IMG/VR virus record: IMGVR_UViG_3300031673_000073
Location: 1 to 50,265 of that record
Reading direction: 5' to 3' (one strand)
Length of the DNA stretch: 50,265 nt
From: a virus
Taxonomy: Duplodnaviria > Caudoviricetes
Shown here: positions 36,694 through 46,410 of the stretch, piece by piece
Position numbering within the stretch: position 1 is the first letter of the stretch
Layout: each line of letters opens with the position of its first letter
Program-made: the position numbers and the translations under genes
The notes under the pieces: model-generated
The model's database searches: none
What the model was told of the DNA's origin: nothing
What the model saw: the letters and a program-made list of their open reading frames with translations, nothing else

Positions 36694-37347
36694 TTACCTC
36701 CCTTTTTTAGAAGCAGTACCAACTAACGCGGCGAACTGCTTTGATAATCCATTAAGATCATCGTCCGGCGGCCCGTGTTGTATTTCTCTCTCGGACATCT
36801 CGGAAATTAATTCAACGTGCCTTTCTATAATATCCTTAACCGATTTTTCGGACTTGCCAATGACGACTTTATCGCCAGATGATCTCCGCTCATAGAAAAC
36901 GTGTATTAATCTATGAGCTTGCATTAACGTCCTCTCATCATACGCACCCTCATCCTTAAATAACATTTCAAGTGTTTTATAATAATCATCACCCTTAAAT
37001 ACTATATCCGGGACTATTGTGCGAAGCGCTTTTTCCCTGAATACTCTTCTCGGGGGATCCCAACGTTCTATTAATTTAAACTCAAAACCCCATAGTGTCT
37101 CAGATTTTTCCCACCATCTACGACGTTCATTATCAGATATACGATGATTACTGTCATATTTGGAGAACACATCAACGCTCATTCTTTCTCGGGATATTAA
37201 TTTAATTATTCCTAATCCTATATCTCCCTGTAAAAGTGTAAGATTTTCGCCAAGCTCTTTACTGAGAGGAATATCTTTTATAATCAAAGTCTTTGATCCT
37301 TCGATTAATAGATCACCGTGAGGAAAAGCTAAAACTATGCCTTTCAT
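36694..37347 (-). CDS. ASCH/PUA-like domain protein with His-rich helical C-terminus
   Basis: GIVLAFPHGDLLIEGSKTLIIK resembles the ASCH GxKxxExR strand; H..IH...H...EM..R...H. Confidence 0.55.
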   Translation of the reverse strand: MKGIVLAFPHGDLLIEGSKTLIIKDIPLSKELGENLTLLQGDIGLGIIKLISRERMSVDVFSKYDSNHRISDNERRRWWEKSETLWGFEFKLIERWDPPRRVFREKALRTIVPDIVFKGDDYYKTLEMLFKDEGAYDERTLMQAHRLIHVFYERRSSGDKVVIGKSEKSVKDIIERHVELISEMSEREIQHGPPDDDLNGLSKQFAALVGTASKKGR

Positions 37348-39548
37348 TCTCCTGCCTCCTCGAGCGCCTGTTGCGGTGTCTTTCCGCTGGCCTCGCTCTT
37401 AGATGATGGGACGATCGTGCATCGGCAATTAGGATGAACCGGAAGCAATCCTTCGGCATCCGCTATTTCATATGGCCCACTGGCAGCTAAAGATATACAC
37501 TGTTCTTCTGCTCCGGTTGTAAGTTGTATATCAAAAAGTAATATGCCTTGAGATTCAAAAGCTGATTTCCTCGCGGAGTTAAACGCCCTAAGTGTTTCAG
37601 TCCTGGCTACTAATGTCGCCCACGCCTCGGCAGATAATGTTCTGGTCGCAGCTGCTCCGTTGCGTATATAATTATATGTAATAGCTTTATCCCATACGCT
37701 TCCGATCCTTTCCGCTATCTTATCTATCCCCTCGCCTGCCTGAATACCATCGCGAATAGCAGAGCGTAGTTTTAGTTTAATATCTTCCTTAAACTTAACA
37801 GTTATGGCCGATGTTCTTATATCAATATTCTCAAAATCCCCCGGAGATGGGCCCCACGCTTTAGGATCTAATCCCGCCTCTATGAGCCCGTTCTTGCCAC
37901 CCCACTCGAAAGACTTTTTAGTTTGAGTTGATAATATATCTTCAAGCCTACCTTCATCAATTATCCTAGCTAGATCTTCTGCCGGGCTCTTTTTAATGTC
38001 TAATGATTTTGGGATATCGGCTCTCCGTATTTCACGGATAGCTAAAGTTTTCCATCTGATAAGTTCACCAAGTACCGCTTCCTTAGTTGCGATAAACCTC
38101 TCGTTATTTTCAAACCAGTTAGCATCCCTATAAGGTTTTGGTGATCCTTTTGATATTTTCATTTTAGTATCATCCACCTTTTCTAATTCGCGTAGACTAG
38201 GATCACGCTCTGGCCCTTCGCCTCGTCTTTCCCGCGCCTTCCCTCTATCTACTTGAACCGGCTTAGTATCGAACTTAATCTGAGGAACCGGGCCTTCAAT
38301 TCCGAGCTTTGCGCGCGCTTCTTCGACACTAATTACTCCTTTTTCAAGTAAAACACCTACAGCTTTCGCCATAATCTCAAATGTTTCGGTCTTGGTTTTA
38401 GCAATATCCGATTGTTCTTTCTCGGATTGAGTATCTATGGGATTCCAGAAAAACTCTACATCATAAATACTAAGCGCTCCTTCTATAAAGAACCTATTGA
38501 TCCTCGCTGATACTCGCGTCTGTTTTGGCTCAACGGTCTCTTTTTTATAAGTCTTATCCTGTTGTTCGCCACTACCTGCTCCAATATTTCCTGTTTCGAT
38601 GATAGATACTTTAGATGGCGGGACACCGTAAACGGCTAATATCTCATCTCGGTCGAAACTACGCAACTCGAGGAAGCCTGCCTCTTTCGGATTCGCCTGG
38701 TTACTTTGAAATTTCGTCTTCCCCTCGAGTATCATAAACTTATGGGAGTTTCCGGATCCCTTATGTTCCTGATCTATATACTCTCTATTACGGCGAACAA
38801 CATCACTTGGAGCGCCCTCCATGTCTATTATCCCGCCAGGTGATGCATCGTTTTTAAAGAATCCAAGATTATAATTTTGGGCGTGTATATCTGTAGCAAT
38901 AGGCATCTCGAGAGACTGCAAAGGAGATATTCCTTTCGTAGATGATCCCTTTGTCGATAACGGGAAATATATAACTTCCCACGGTTCGAATTCGATCTTT
39001 TTTCCGCCCTTGGTTTTTTGGACAAATTTCTCGATCTTGCCATTCTTGTCAGTTTTAGGTTCGGTCGTTACCGGATCAAGTGTATACATAGCGACCACCG
39101 GATCCGTTCTCTCTCCCGCGCCGCTCCTTACCAATTCCCAAAAGCCTCTGCCAAAGATCTCGTTATCCTCGAAGATATTAACAAATAGTTCGATGCCATC
39201 ATCCTGGTTATTTGGACGATGTAATATCGCTTTAACTATTTCGCAGTTCTGAATAGCGCCTTTTGATTTCTCGTATCCCTTTTTCGGGCGTACTCCCCAG
39301 CCTCGGCCCGTGGCGGTTCTGGTTATTGAATTAACGCAAGCGCGAACCCATGAAACCCTTAGATATATGTCCCAAAGAGTCGAGGGTGGTAATATATTAT
39401 TTGAGAACTGGATGCCCGCCCCCTCGATCTCACCTCTTGGCCCATTAGTATCTCTATTGCGCCCGCGCGCGGCATCACGGGCGGCAATAGAAATTGCCGC
39501 ATCCTGTTTTGGGGCGAACATATTAGATATTTTTTTAATTATGTTCAT
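37344..39548 (-). CDS. Portal protein fused to a MuF/SPP1 gp7-like head morphogenesis domain
   Basis: GISPL, FFKNDASPGG, ILAVYGVPP, EEARAKLG portal motifs; ARTE...PVHPNCRC C-terminus. Confidence 0.92.
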   Translation of the reverse strand: MNIIKKISNMFAPKQDAAISIAARDAARGRNRDTNGPRGEIEGAGIQFSNNILPPSTLWDIYLRVSWVRACVNSITRTATGRGWGVRPKKGYEKSKGAIQNCEIVKAILHRPNNQDDGIELFVNIFEDNEIFGRGFWELVRSGAGERTDPVVAMYTLDPVTTEPKTDKNGKIEKFVQKTKGGKKIEFEPWEVIYFPLSTKGSSTKGISPLQSLEMPIATDIHAQNYNLGFFKNDASPGGIIDMEGAPSDVVRRNREYIDQEHKGSGNSHKFMILEGKTKFQSNQANPKEAGFLELRSFDRDEILAVYGVPPSKVSIIETGNIGAGSGEQQDKTYKKETVEPKQTRVSARINRFFIEGALSIYDVEFFWNPIDTQSEKEQSDIAKTKTETFEIMAKAVGVLLEKGVISVEEARAKLGIEGPVPQIKFDTKPVQVDRGKARERRGEGPERDPSLRELEKVDDTKMKISKGSPKPYRDANWFENNERFIATKEAVLGELIRWKTLAIREIRRADIPKSLDIKKSPAEDLARIIDEGRLEDILSTQTKKSFEWGGKNGLIEAGLDPKAWGPSPGDFENIDIRTSAITVKFKEDIKLKLRSAIRDGIQAGEGIDKIAERIGSVWDKAITYNYIRNGAAATRTLSAEAWATLVARTETLRAFNSARKSAFESQGILLFDIQLTTGAEEQCISLAASGPYEIADAEGLLPVHPNCRCTIVPSSKSEASGKTPQQALEEAGE

Positions 39549-39554
39549 AACTTC

Positions 39555-40850
39555 CTATCCAGCAAAGCTAACGGCTGGTTCAACGTATTCGCCTTCTTCG
39601 TCTCCGATGGCCGTTGCCATTACACAGTCATCGTGATATCCGCTCGGGGCCCCGTACTTCACATTCCCTCTGCTTGATGTCATATATTCATACAATTCCA
39701 GTTCGGCTACTAACTCCGGCCAGTCCGGATATAATATTTCTCCATTCTCGACCGCCATTGCCAGCTTTTCTATCATCCTATTCTTGTTTCCACCATCTCG
39801 ACCGCCTGCTACAAACACTCCTTCCACAAATACTCTCGGTAAATCCCGCCGCAAGTTATCTATCAGAGCATCACCTATCGAGTTCTGCTCCGCTTTTACC
39901 TTTGATGGTCTCCAGTTGGTTATCATATTCTTGAGACGATCGAGTTGAATATTGTAATCGACCTTGCTGATCCGGTCATAGGCAACTATCATCCTCGGAG
40001 TTTCTGTTACATCGATAACAACAAAGACCGAAAAGTCTCGGCGCTTCCCCCAATCAACGCTGATTATATAAGTCCGCCCAGGCATCGGATGTTTAAGCGG
40101 CAAGAAGTTTCGTATATTATCCCGGACGTTCCTAAAAACACCTCCTGCATCCGCTATAAACTCCGCCAGTATCTCCTGCCGATAAACCATCTCGTTCATT
40201 CCTGATGTAAGTTCCTCGATAGCTTGAGGTGATAGGGTAGTATTTGCGTGTGTCGGGAATCTCCATGATGCCCACGTCGGATATTGTGGATCTTGCCCTC
40301 GCGTCCAATGCCTGAAGAAAAAGTTCCTACCCTTCGGTGTCGTTAGCCCGACCAGTTTTCCTTCTTTATCTGCCAGCGCCGGCCAGATCGCAGATTCGAA
40401 CGCTGATTCTTTCCACATCGCCATCTCGTCGCAAACGACAAAGTCAAGTCCCTCGCTCCGGAGGTAATCTTCGTTATCCGCTGATCGGCATTCGAGTTCG
40501 CTCCCGTTTTTTAACTTAATATACATATCCGTCTTCGAAAAATCTTCGATGGCCCATTGCGGAACCAGAGGAACTATCTTTTTCCATCCTACCCGGGATA
40601 TTTTATATATCGGGGCGACCCACCAGTTAATACTTCCAGGTTTCATTACCGCCGCCTTATACATTTCCGGGGCCGCGCTCTCGCCCTTGCCTAACCTACG
40701 GCCTCCGCAAACCAGACGAAATCTTGCCTGGCTATCGTGGAAGCCCGGGCCGTCCTTCAAAAATGATCCCGACCGATTATCGTATCCCGATGATCGTGTC
40801 CACTCTAACGGCTTATAAGGTATTACTGTCTTTACTGCTTCGGCTTGCAC
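39555..40850 (-). CDS. terL: Terminase large subunit
   Basis: GGRRLGKG Walker A, VVCDE Walker B, TTPKG, QEILAEF, VDWG, HDDCVMA. Confidence 0.95.
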   Translation of the reverse strand: MQAEAVKTVIPYKPLEWTRSSGYDNRSGSFLKDGPGFHDSQARFRLVCGGRRLGKGESAAPEMYKAAVMKPGSINWWVAPIYKISRVGWKKIVPLVPQWAIEDFSKTDMYIKLKNGSELECRSADNEDYLRSEGLDFVVCDEMAMWKESAFESAIWPALADKEGKLVGLTTPKGRNFFFRHWTRGQDPQYPTWASWRFPTHANTTLSPQAIEELTSGMNEMVYRQEILAEFIADAGGVFRNVRDNIRNFLPLKHPMPGRTYIISVDWGKRRDFSVFVVIDVTETPRMIVAYDRISKVDYNIQLDRLKNMITNWRPSKVKAEQNSIGDALIDNLRRDLPRVFVEGVFVAGGRDGGNKNRMIEKLAMAVENGEILYPDWPELVAELELYEYMTSSRGNVKYGAPSGYHDDCVMATAIGDEEGEYVEPAVSFAG

Positions 40851-41131
40851 CGTTCTATTTCCCTCTTTTTTAACTCCGCTTCTACTAACTCAAGTATTTT
40901 TGTGTTCGTCTCCGATCCCATCGTCTTATCTGTTGTATCAAAAAGCGGGATCCGCTCGCCCTTATCTCCACGGCCGGAAGGTGGATATACTTTCAACCCC
41001 CATCCTGCTCCGTCTGGAAAAACTCCAAACCCCCGTACCGTCAAAATCCCGTCGATCTCTATCTCGGCGGTCGCTATCCGTCGTCCGGCATCGGGCGAGT
41101 CCAATTTGATACTTATTTTCGTTATCTTCAT
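40832..41131 (-). CDS. Second SpoVG-like protein
   Basis: MKITKI...IATAEIEIDG..TVRGF.V...GL.V.PP. Confidence 0.7.
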   Translation of the reverse strand: MKITKISIKLDSPDAGRRIATAEIEIDGILTVRGFGVFPDGAGWGLKVYPPSGRGDKGERIPLFDTTDKTMGSETNTKILELVEAELKKREIERCKPKQ

Positions 41132-41322
41132 TAACCGGCCCTCCTCGGGCTCGCTTCTTTAAGTTTCCTCGCAACACGTCTCGATACAACCCCCGCGACC
41201 TTCTCGATATCCCCTCCTGTTACCTGATGGACAATAGTTATTCCGTCAGGCCCAAGTACCGATAATACTCTCACCCCTGGGGTAATCCCTTCGCACGCCT
41301 TATTGTTAAGCCCCGTCTTCAT
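41131..41322 (-). CDS. Hypothetical protein
   Basis: AGGAGG RBS; TAATG coupling. Confidence 0.55.
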   Translation of the reverse strand: MKTGLNNKACEGITPGVRVLSVLGPDGITIVHQVTGGDIEKVAGVVSRRVARKLKEASPRRAG

Positions 41323-41482
41323 CTCATCCCTCCTGTTATCGCAACTAAAAAAGCGCCCACGGCTACCACCGTAAACAGTACTCCGATGACCACGCCAGCG
41401 ATAACACCTCGGCGCTCACCGTCGCGCCCGGCACGCCCGCAGGCCTTCAGCATCTCCGGCCCGGTATATTTCTTGGCTACCA

Positions 41483-41758
41483 TTATGATTTCCTCCCCGG
41501 CGCTATCTTATCGCTCCGCTTAAACTGCTCATCGGTGAGCTTGACCGCGCTGGCTACCGCGTTCCATCCTGACCCGCACTCTTCAGACCCGAGCATCGCT
41601 ACCCCCTCGCCCAACTCCACCGCTTGCCTCACGCCCGCCGCCAAAGTCATCCCCTTCGCCATACACGCCTTCATTATCTCATAACAATTCTGGCAGATCG
41701 CTCCCGCTTCACTTGCACCGCATAGCTTACAATCCGGCATCACAAAATCATCGCTCAT
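41483..41758 (-). CDS. Cys-rich hypothetical protein
   Basis: CKLC...CQNC; GGAGG RBS; ATGA overlap. Confidence 0.6.
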   Translation of the reverse strand: MSDDFVMPDCKLCGASEAGAICQNCYEIMKACMAKGMTLAAGVRQAVELGEGVAMLGSEECGSGWNAVASAVKLTDEQFKRSDKIAPGRKS

Positions 41759-42423
41759 ATTCCTCCCCCCGCGCTTTGCGCTTCCTCGTTTTCCACACCC
41801 ATCGTCGCCACCATCCCCCGAACACCATCAACCGTCACACCCCTCGCCCCCGTACCTTCCGCCCCACGCTCAACCCCCTCACGCCTCCCGCCTCCGTCAC
41901 CCATCTCAACTTCGCCCCCCGGCTCCCCTCCCCCTTCCGCAACGCCCGCAACCCCCCGCCCCACACACTCCTCCTCGGTACCACATGCCCCAAGTTTATT
42001 CCCTGCCAATTTATTTGAGGGAGGATAGTGGGGGGCCCCATGCGATATTTTTTCACGGTCGCCGATATTCTCAGCTTGCTTTGCCTCGGCCCGGTTGACT
42101 AATTTAATATTATCTACTCTAAACTCCTCTACCAGCTGATACTCCTTGCCATTACTGTCCTTGGTAATGGTTGATCTTAATATCTCGCCGTGCATCTCTA
42201 TTCCAATGTCCTCTGGGGTTATCCCTAATGGGAAGTAAACATTGGCTACAAGTTCTCCTCCCGTATACTTTAAACCCAGCACCATCCCATGACGCTCAGG
42301 TCGTTGTCCTATTGTGGATTCCCTGGCCGCGCCTGCTAGGGCCCCGGGTGAATAGATACGTCCTTCTTTATCTAGCTCACCCGCGCGCTTAAGTATTCGT
42401 TTTACTCCTTTAACCTTTGGCAT
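41755..42423 (-). CDS. Hypothetical protein with Gly/Glu low-complexity C-terminus
   Basis: GGAGG RBS; ORF track. Confidence 0.55.
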   Translation of the reverse strand: MPKVKGVKRILKRAGELDKEGRIYSPGALAGAARESTIGQRPERHGMVLGLKYTGGELVANVYFPLGITPEDIGIEMHGEILRSTITKDSNGKEYQLVEEFRVDNIKLVNRAEAKQAENIGDREKISHGAPHYPPSNKLAGNKLGACGTEEECVGRGVAGVAEGGGEPGGEVEMGDGGGRREGVERGAEGTGARGVTVDGVRGMVATMGVENEEAQSAGGGI

Positions 42424-42435
42424 CCCTGGCCTCCG

Positions 42436-42861
42436 CTATACTGGTTTCATCCCGTGATCCCTTACCCACTTCTCTGCTGTCTTTGGAGTCCATCCTTTAA
42501 CCCTGGCAAAGAGTATGCTCTGGTTCGCCGTTGTCGTTTTACCCTTGAGTCTTCCGATAACCGCCTTGATCCCTCTGCTCTTATCCAAGACGATTGTCCT
42601 AAAACTCCTTGGCTGGAATTCCCCGGGCTGCCGCACCCTTACCCTCACATAATCCGCTGTAACCTCTATTGCCTTGGCAACATATCCTTCCATCTCGGCT
42701 GCCGACTTCCATGTCCCATCATCCTTCCTCCAACCGAATGACTCGGCTACATCCCATGCCCCCTTCTCGGCCACGCACTCCGCCTGATCCTGTGTGCCTG
42801 CTATAAAGGATGCTTCAAGTAACCTGTTTAGTTCTATCGCTCCATCCTTTACACTTGGCAT
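42436..42861 (-). CDS. Hypothetical head-module protein
   Basis: GGAGG RBS; compact C-domain RVRQP..F...SFRTI.....GIKAVIG.LKG......QS..F.....WT...A.KW...H. Confidence 0.6.
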   Translation of the reverse strand: MPSVKDGAIELNRLLEASFIAGTQDQAECVAEKGAWDVAESFGWRKDDGTWKSAAEMEGYVAKAIEVTADYVRVRVRQPGEFQPRSFRTIVLDKSRGIKAVIGRLKGKTTTANQSILFARVKGWTPKTAEKWVRDHGMKPV

Positions 42862-42872
42862 AACGTCCTCCC

Positions 42873-43253
42873 TTAGTTGCTTAACTCGCCCCTGGTGTCT
42901 ATGTTACACGCTCGGCTAATGATATCGTTCATCCCTGGTATCAACTTTGCCAGCCCCTTGGCTCCATCCATCCCTCGTGTAAACGATATACCCTTCAATG
43001 CTCCGCGCGCTGTTTGTATCTGTGCTGTTATTATTATCTTATGCTCAACGTATGGCGTACACCGGCAGTTAATCTTTTCTGTCTTTGGAAACCCGGCAAG
43101 ATCACCTGGCCCTATCATCTCCCATCTTCTGTACTCCTCCAACTCCCTCCGCGCCCTGGCTATCTCTGATATCGACAAATCATCCTTGCTGATATCCCCT
43201 GCCTCCAGCGCAAGCCCTACCTCTACCCACTTTGTTTTATCGCTCGGCTTCAT
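42873..43253 (-). CDS. Hypothetical protein containing an INCRC motif
   Basis: ATGA overlap with terS; motif resembles the MuF C-terminal Cys motif. Confidence 0.55.
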   Translation of the reverse strand: MKPSDKTKWVEVGLALEAGDISKDDLSISEIARARRELEEYRRWEMIGPGDLAGFPKTEKINCRCTPYVEHKIIITAQIQTARGALKGISFTRGMDGAKGLAKLIPGMNDIISRACNIDTRGELSN

Positions 43254-44125
43254 AACTCCCCCGGCTTTAACTCTACCGTCGTCGTCCTACCACCTGATAA
43301 TCTCCGCCCCCCGCGCGCGCGTATGCGTCCGCTACCCGCTTCTACCTTATCACCACCATCCGTGTCTTTAACATCCCCCCGAGCAATCGCTATTGGATCG
43401 CCTTTTCGCCCCTCGCCACTACCTAACACCCCCTGCGATTCTGCCGTATTATCAAGAAACGCCGGGCGCGTATATCTCGGGGTTCTACCTTCTGCTATCG
43501 CTTCCGCTATATCCCCAGGTAATGCGTCATCATCTAGCCCCGTGATCGCCGGCCTACTGCTATAACTATCCTCTGATAAATCTATACCCCTTATCGGTAT
43601 CGCTCCCCTTGGTTCTGAATCAGGCGTCGGCGCCTCCCATGCCATCAACATCATCTCCGTCCGCTGTGTCGCCTCGCCCCTTAACAACGCCAGCGCCTCC
43701 AGTATCACCGTCTTAGCCTTCAATAATCCCTCAAGGCTCTTCGGCTTCACTTGATGCTTGATTTTATCGATCAAATTAAGATCTTCTTCCAAACTTTGGA
43801 TCTTGCGAATTTTCCAGTCTGCCACGCCGGGTGCTAGCTTAGCCCCGACAAGGCTTGCGGTTTCGGATTCAAGATCAAGCCATCCGTCTTTGCTTCTCCA
43901 GTTTAGAATAGTGTTTCTTGATTTATTAAATTTTGCGGCGAGCTTTGTTGACGACGTACATAGTCCCGAAATAAAAAGAAGCGCTGCTTCAATGCGCATC
44001 TCCGAATTCTTCCCTACTATCCGTCTTCTCAGTAACGTTCTTTGTGCCTCTGAAGCACCAACTATTTCTTTAGCACTTGGCGGTTCAATTAACTTTCCGC
44101 TTGGCGTATACTGCTTTTTGTCCAT
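43250..44125 (-). CDS. terS: Terminase small subunit (HTH)
   Basis: STKLAAKFNKSRNTILNWRSKDGW HTH followed by a coiled coil; first gene after a terminator, upstream of terL. Confidence 0.75.
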   Translation of the reverse strand: MDKKQYTPSGKLIEPPSAKEIVGASEAQRTLLRRRIVGKNSEMRIEAALLFISGLCTSSTKLAAKFNKSRNTILNWRSKDGWLDLESETASLVGAKLAPGVADWKIRKIQSLEEDLNLIDKIKHQVKPKSLEGLLKAKTVILEALALLRGEATQRTEMMLMAWEAPTPDSEPRGAIPIRGIDLSEDSYSSRPAITGLDDDALPGDIAEAIAEGRTPRYTRPAFLDNTAESQGVLGSGEGRKGDPIAIARGDVKDTDGGDKVEAGSGRIRARGGRRLSGGRTTTVELKPGEL

Positions 44126-44234
44126 CGTTCCTCCTGGTTGCTATAATGTATAGTATCAATGGTCTGTTGTAAAGCATTAATTTCGTTTTATTTTACTTAT
44201 TTTACATTGCCTATTTCTCCTTATTTTTGCATAT

Positions 44235-44263
44235 AAAAAGGCCCGTAGCTTTCACTACAGGCC
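44235..44263 (-). terminator. Intrinsic terminator ending the accessory-gene transcript
   Basis: GGCCTGTAG-TGAAAG-CTACGGGCC-TTTTT on the minus strand. Confidence 0.85.
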
Positions 44264-44340
44264 CTTTGTTCTTATCTGGTGTTATCTTACTGTGTCTTAT
44301 AGCTTTCTCTCTCTCGGATTCCTCTTCGCTTCCCTGCTAC

Positions 44341-44505
44341 CTAGCTTATAGCACGCTCTATCTTTTGTGCTAGCTCGTTCATGTTACCGGATAGCTTCAC
44401 GCCTTCCTGTACTACTCCTTCCGTATTCCCGGCTTTAATGTTTATCTGCATTGTCACCGTCCGCTCTTCCATCACCTTTAGTAACGCTATCATGTCCTCG
44501 TGCAT
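44341..44505 (-). CDS. Small hypothetical protein, 54 aa, not in the ORF track (MHEDMIALLK...)
   Basis: GGGAG RBS before ATG 44505; open to TAG 44341. Confidence 0.55.
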   Translation of the reverse strand: MHEDMIALLKVMEERTVTMQINIKAGNTEGVVQEGVKLSGNMNELAQKIERAIS

Positions 44506-44671
44506 TAACTACTCCCTGATGTTTAACGCTTACCTAATAACCACCTGATGCATCCCGCCGCCCACTTACACGCTGTAACGATATGGTCTATCGTCTTGTC
44601 CCACTCCTGCATTAGAAGATCCTGTAGCTCGCGTACTGCTTCACGGATATATTACCTCTTTGGGTTCTAGA

Positions 44672-45187
44672 TCAATTGGCTCGTCGCTGGGCCCGTCCAC
44701 CGGATCCCCTCCCGCGCTTGTTCTTGCTTACGCTGACATAATTAGCTACAGCCCGCAATGCCTTCCACGCCTCCGCATCATCCTCCCTGATATGGTAGAC
44801 GTTGTCCCATATGGTTACGGCTCGTGTCTTCGTCTCTTCCCTTGGTTCCTCTGGCATGTTATCGCCTCCTTTTTCTTCCTCGGTTTTATCCTTAGTCATA
44901 TCTACTAGATCCCCGCTCGTAGGTATCTCGCCTATAGGGATATATTCGTTACTATATTCCTCGGCGCCTTGCATAAACGTATCACGGCATCTTCTTATCC
45001 GTAGAGTATTTATCGCCTCGCAGATCCGGCCGATACTCTCCTGGTATATATCCGCTATAGTATCCATCGAGTTCCCGTGCTTAAAGGGCCCCGTCTCGGC
45101 CTCGCGCATTTGCTCGGCGGTTCTTCTCGCGTCATCTCTACAACTAACTAATCCCGTTACTAATTCTCTTAATGGGCTATCGTTCAT
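44672..45187 (-). CDS. Hypothetical protein
   Basis: ORF track; internal AGGAGG-ATG (MPEEP) suggests a fusion. Confidence 0.55.
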   Translation of the reverse strand: MNDSPLRELVTGLVSCRDDARRTAEQMREAETGPFKHGNSMDTIADIYQESIGRICEAINTLRIRRCRDTFMQGAEEYSNEYIPIGEIPTSGDLVDMTKDKTEEEKGGDNMPEEPREETKTRAVTIWDNVYHIREDDAEAWKALRAVANYVSVSKNKRGRGSGGRAQRRAN

Positions 45188-45668
45188 TACTCATCCTCCT
45201 CGCTAGATCTATTGCTCGCTCAAGAGCGTCACCACATTTTAACCATTCTATAGCGGCGTTACGTTTACCGACCTTCTTAATCATTAAACAGTCCTCTATC
45301 TTATCTGCTGGAACCAACCATCTGCACTCTGCCGGTCTATCTTTAAGCTCTAGCTCGCAACCTTCATCGGTTAGGAAGGTACACTCGCCTCCCCATCCTG
45401 CGTAACGTAGTTTATCTATAAATCCCTTTATCGCTGGCCTTAAGAAGTATGCTATCTGTCCAGGTTCTAGCTTTCCATCTGTCGGATCGCCTTCCCACCA
45501 ATCTACAATCCACCTGCCAGTAATCAGTTTATTAGCTATAGTTCGTGGATGTGCTCCGTAGTCCTGGGGTAATGCTACTCCTGGATTACGCTTACAACAG
45601 ATACCGCCACACGCCGTACATAGTTCCCGATCTTCTACTCCAAGCTTCAAATCAATTTCGCTATTCAT
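45177..45668 (-). CDS. YkgJ/CxxCxxCC-type cysteine-cluster protein
   Basis: CTACGGICC, CTFL...GC.L....RP.EC. Confidence 0.85.
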   Translation of the reverse strand: MNSEIDLKLGVEDRELCTACGGICCKRNPGVALPQDYGAHPRTIANKLITGRWIVDWWEGDPTDGKLEPGQIAYFLRPAIKGFIDKLRYAGWGGECTFLTDEGCELELKDRPAECRWLVPADKIEDCLMIKKVGKRNAAIEWLKCGDALERAIDLARRMSNER

Positions 45669-45688
45669 TACCCCTCCTTTGTCGTCCC

Positions 45689-46015
45689 TTACTTTTTTAT
45701 GGCTTCCTTAAATGCAGTTACGATTAACATATCTACCGCGCGTAATACCTCGGGCCCGTTGATACATAGTATATGAGCTAAAGTATCATCTTCATCTCCT
45801 TGGCCTCCTGATTTTTCACAGGTCATGCTCACTGCTCCCGTTGACAATATCTCTATTTCAAACTTCATGCCGGCATGTAAAAGCCCCCTTGCCATGTTTT
45901 CTACTTCGGCGGATCTGTCTATCACGATCTCCATCGTTTTTCCATCAGGTAATAGATATTGAGTGAATGGGATCGATCTTAATGTACTATCTTTGAATCC
46001 GTGTATTTCATCCAT
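45689..46015 (-). CDS. Hypothetical protein
   Basis: ORF track; IPFTQYLLPDG. Confidence 0.65.
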   Translation of the reverse strand: MDEIHGFKDSTLRSIPFTQYLLPDGKTMEIVIDRSAEVENMARGLLHAGMKFEIEILSTGAVSMTCEKSGGQGDEDDTLAHILCINGPEVLRAVDMLIVTAFKEAIKK

Positions 46016-46017
46016 TA

Positions 46018-46329
46018 CTACCTTCCTTCCTTGAGTGCTTTGAGGACATGATTGATACCTTCTTTAAATCGTCCATCTTTCCTCTTGACCTCAATTAATC
46101 CAGTTCCATCACAAAATATACACCCATCAGCTACACCATAACCACATTTATGCTTCACGGTTTTATAATCCCTTAAACGCTCCACCTTCTTGATTATCTC
46201 GGAGTTGTCGGGTTCTCCCGTGCGGGTGTTCCAAAACTTAATTGCGCCTTCGCCATCTTCCCCCCAATATTTCCAATCGGTATTCATGCCACATATTTTA
46301 CATGACACTTTGTTATTGCCGTCCATCAT
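46018..46329 (-). CDS. Lar-like (restriction alleviation) Zn protein fused to the PDNSEIIKKV module; 5' end appears decayed
   Basis: VSCKICG...AIKFWNTR; the frame continues upstream as EKLKPCNCG without an ATG. Confidence 0.6.
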   Translation of the reverse strand: MMDGNNKVSCKICGMNTDWKYWGEDGEGAIKFWNTRTGEPDNSEIIKKVERLRDYKTVKHKCGYGVADGCIFCDGTGLIEVKRKDGRFKEGINHVLKALKEGR

Positions 46330-46410
46330 ATCTATGGTTAAATCATCTCTGCTAGCTCCACAATTACACGGCTTTAGCTTCTCTATCTGAGATCTTATGA
46401 AATTTCTCGA

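Noticed and set aside
41835-42056. Alternative-frame ORF in the G-rich tail of 41755..42423
   Set aside because: Low-complexity G-rich sequence lacks stops by composition; no RBS or motif
44144-44206. Late promoter upstream of terS (TTTACA-17-TACATT with A-rich upstream)
   Set aside because: Plausible position but a weak consensus match; not supportable without TSS data
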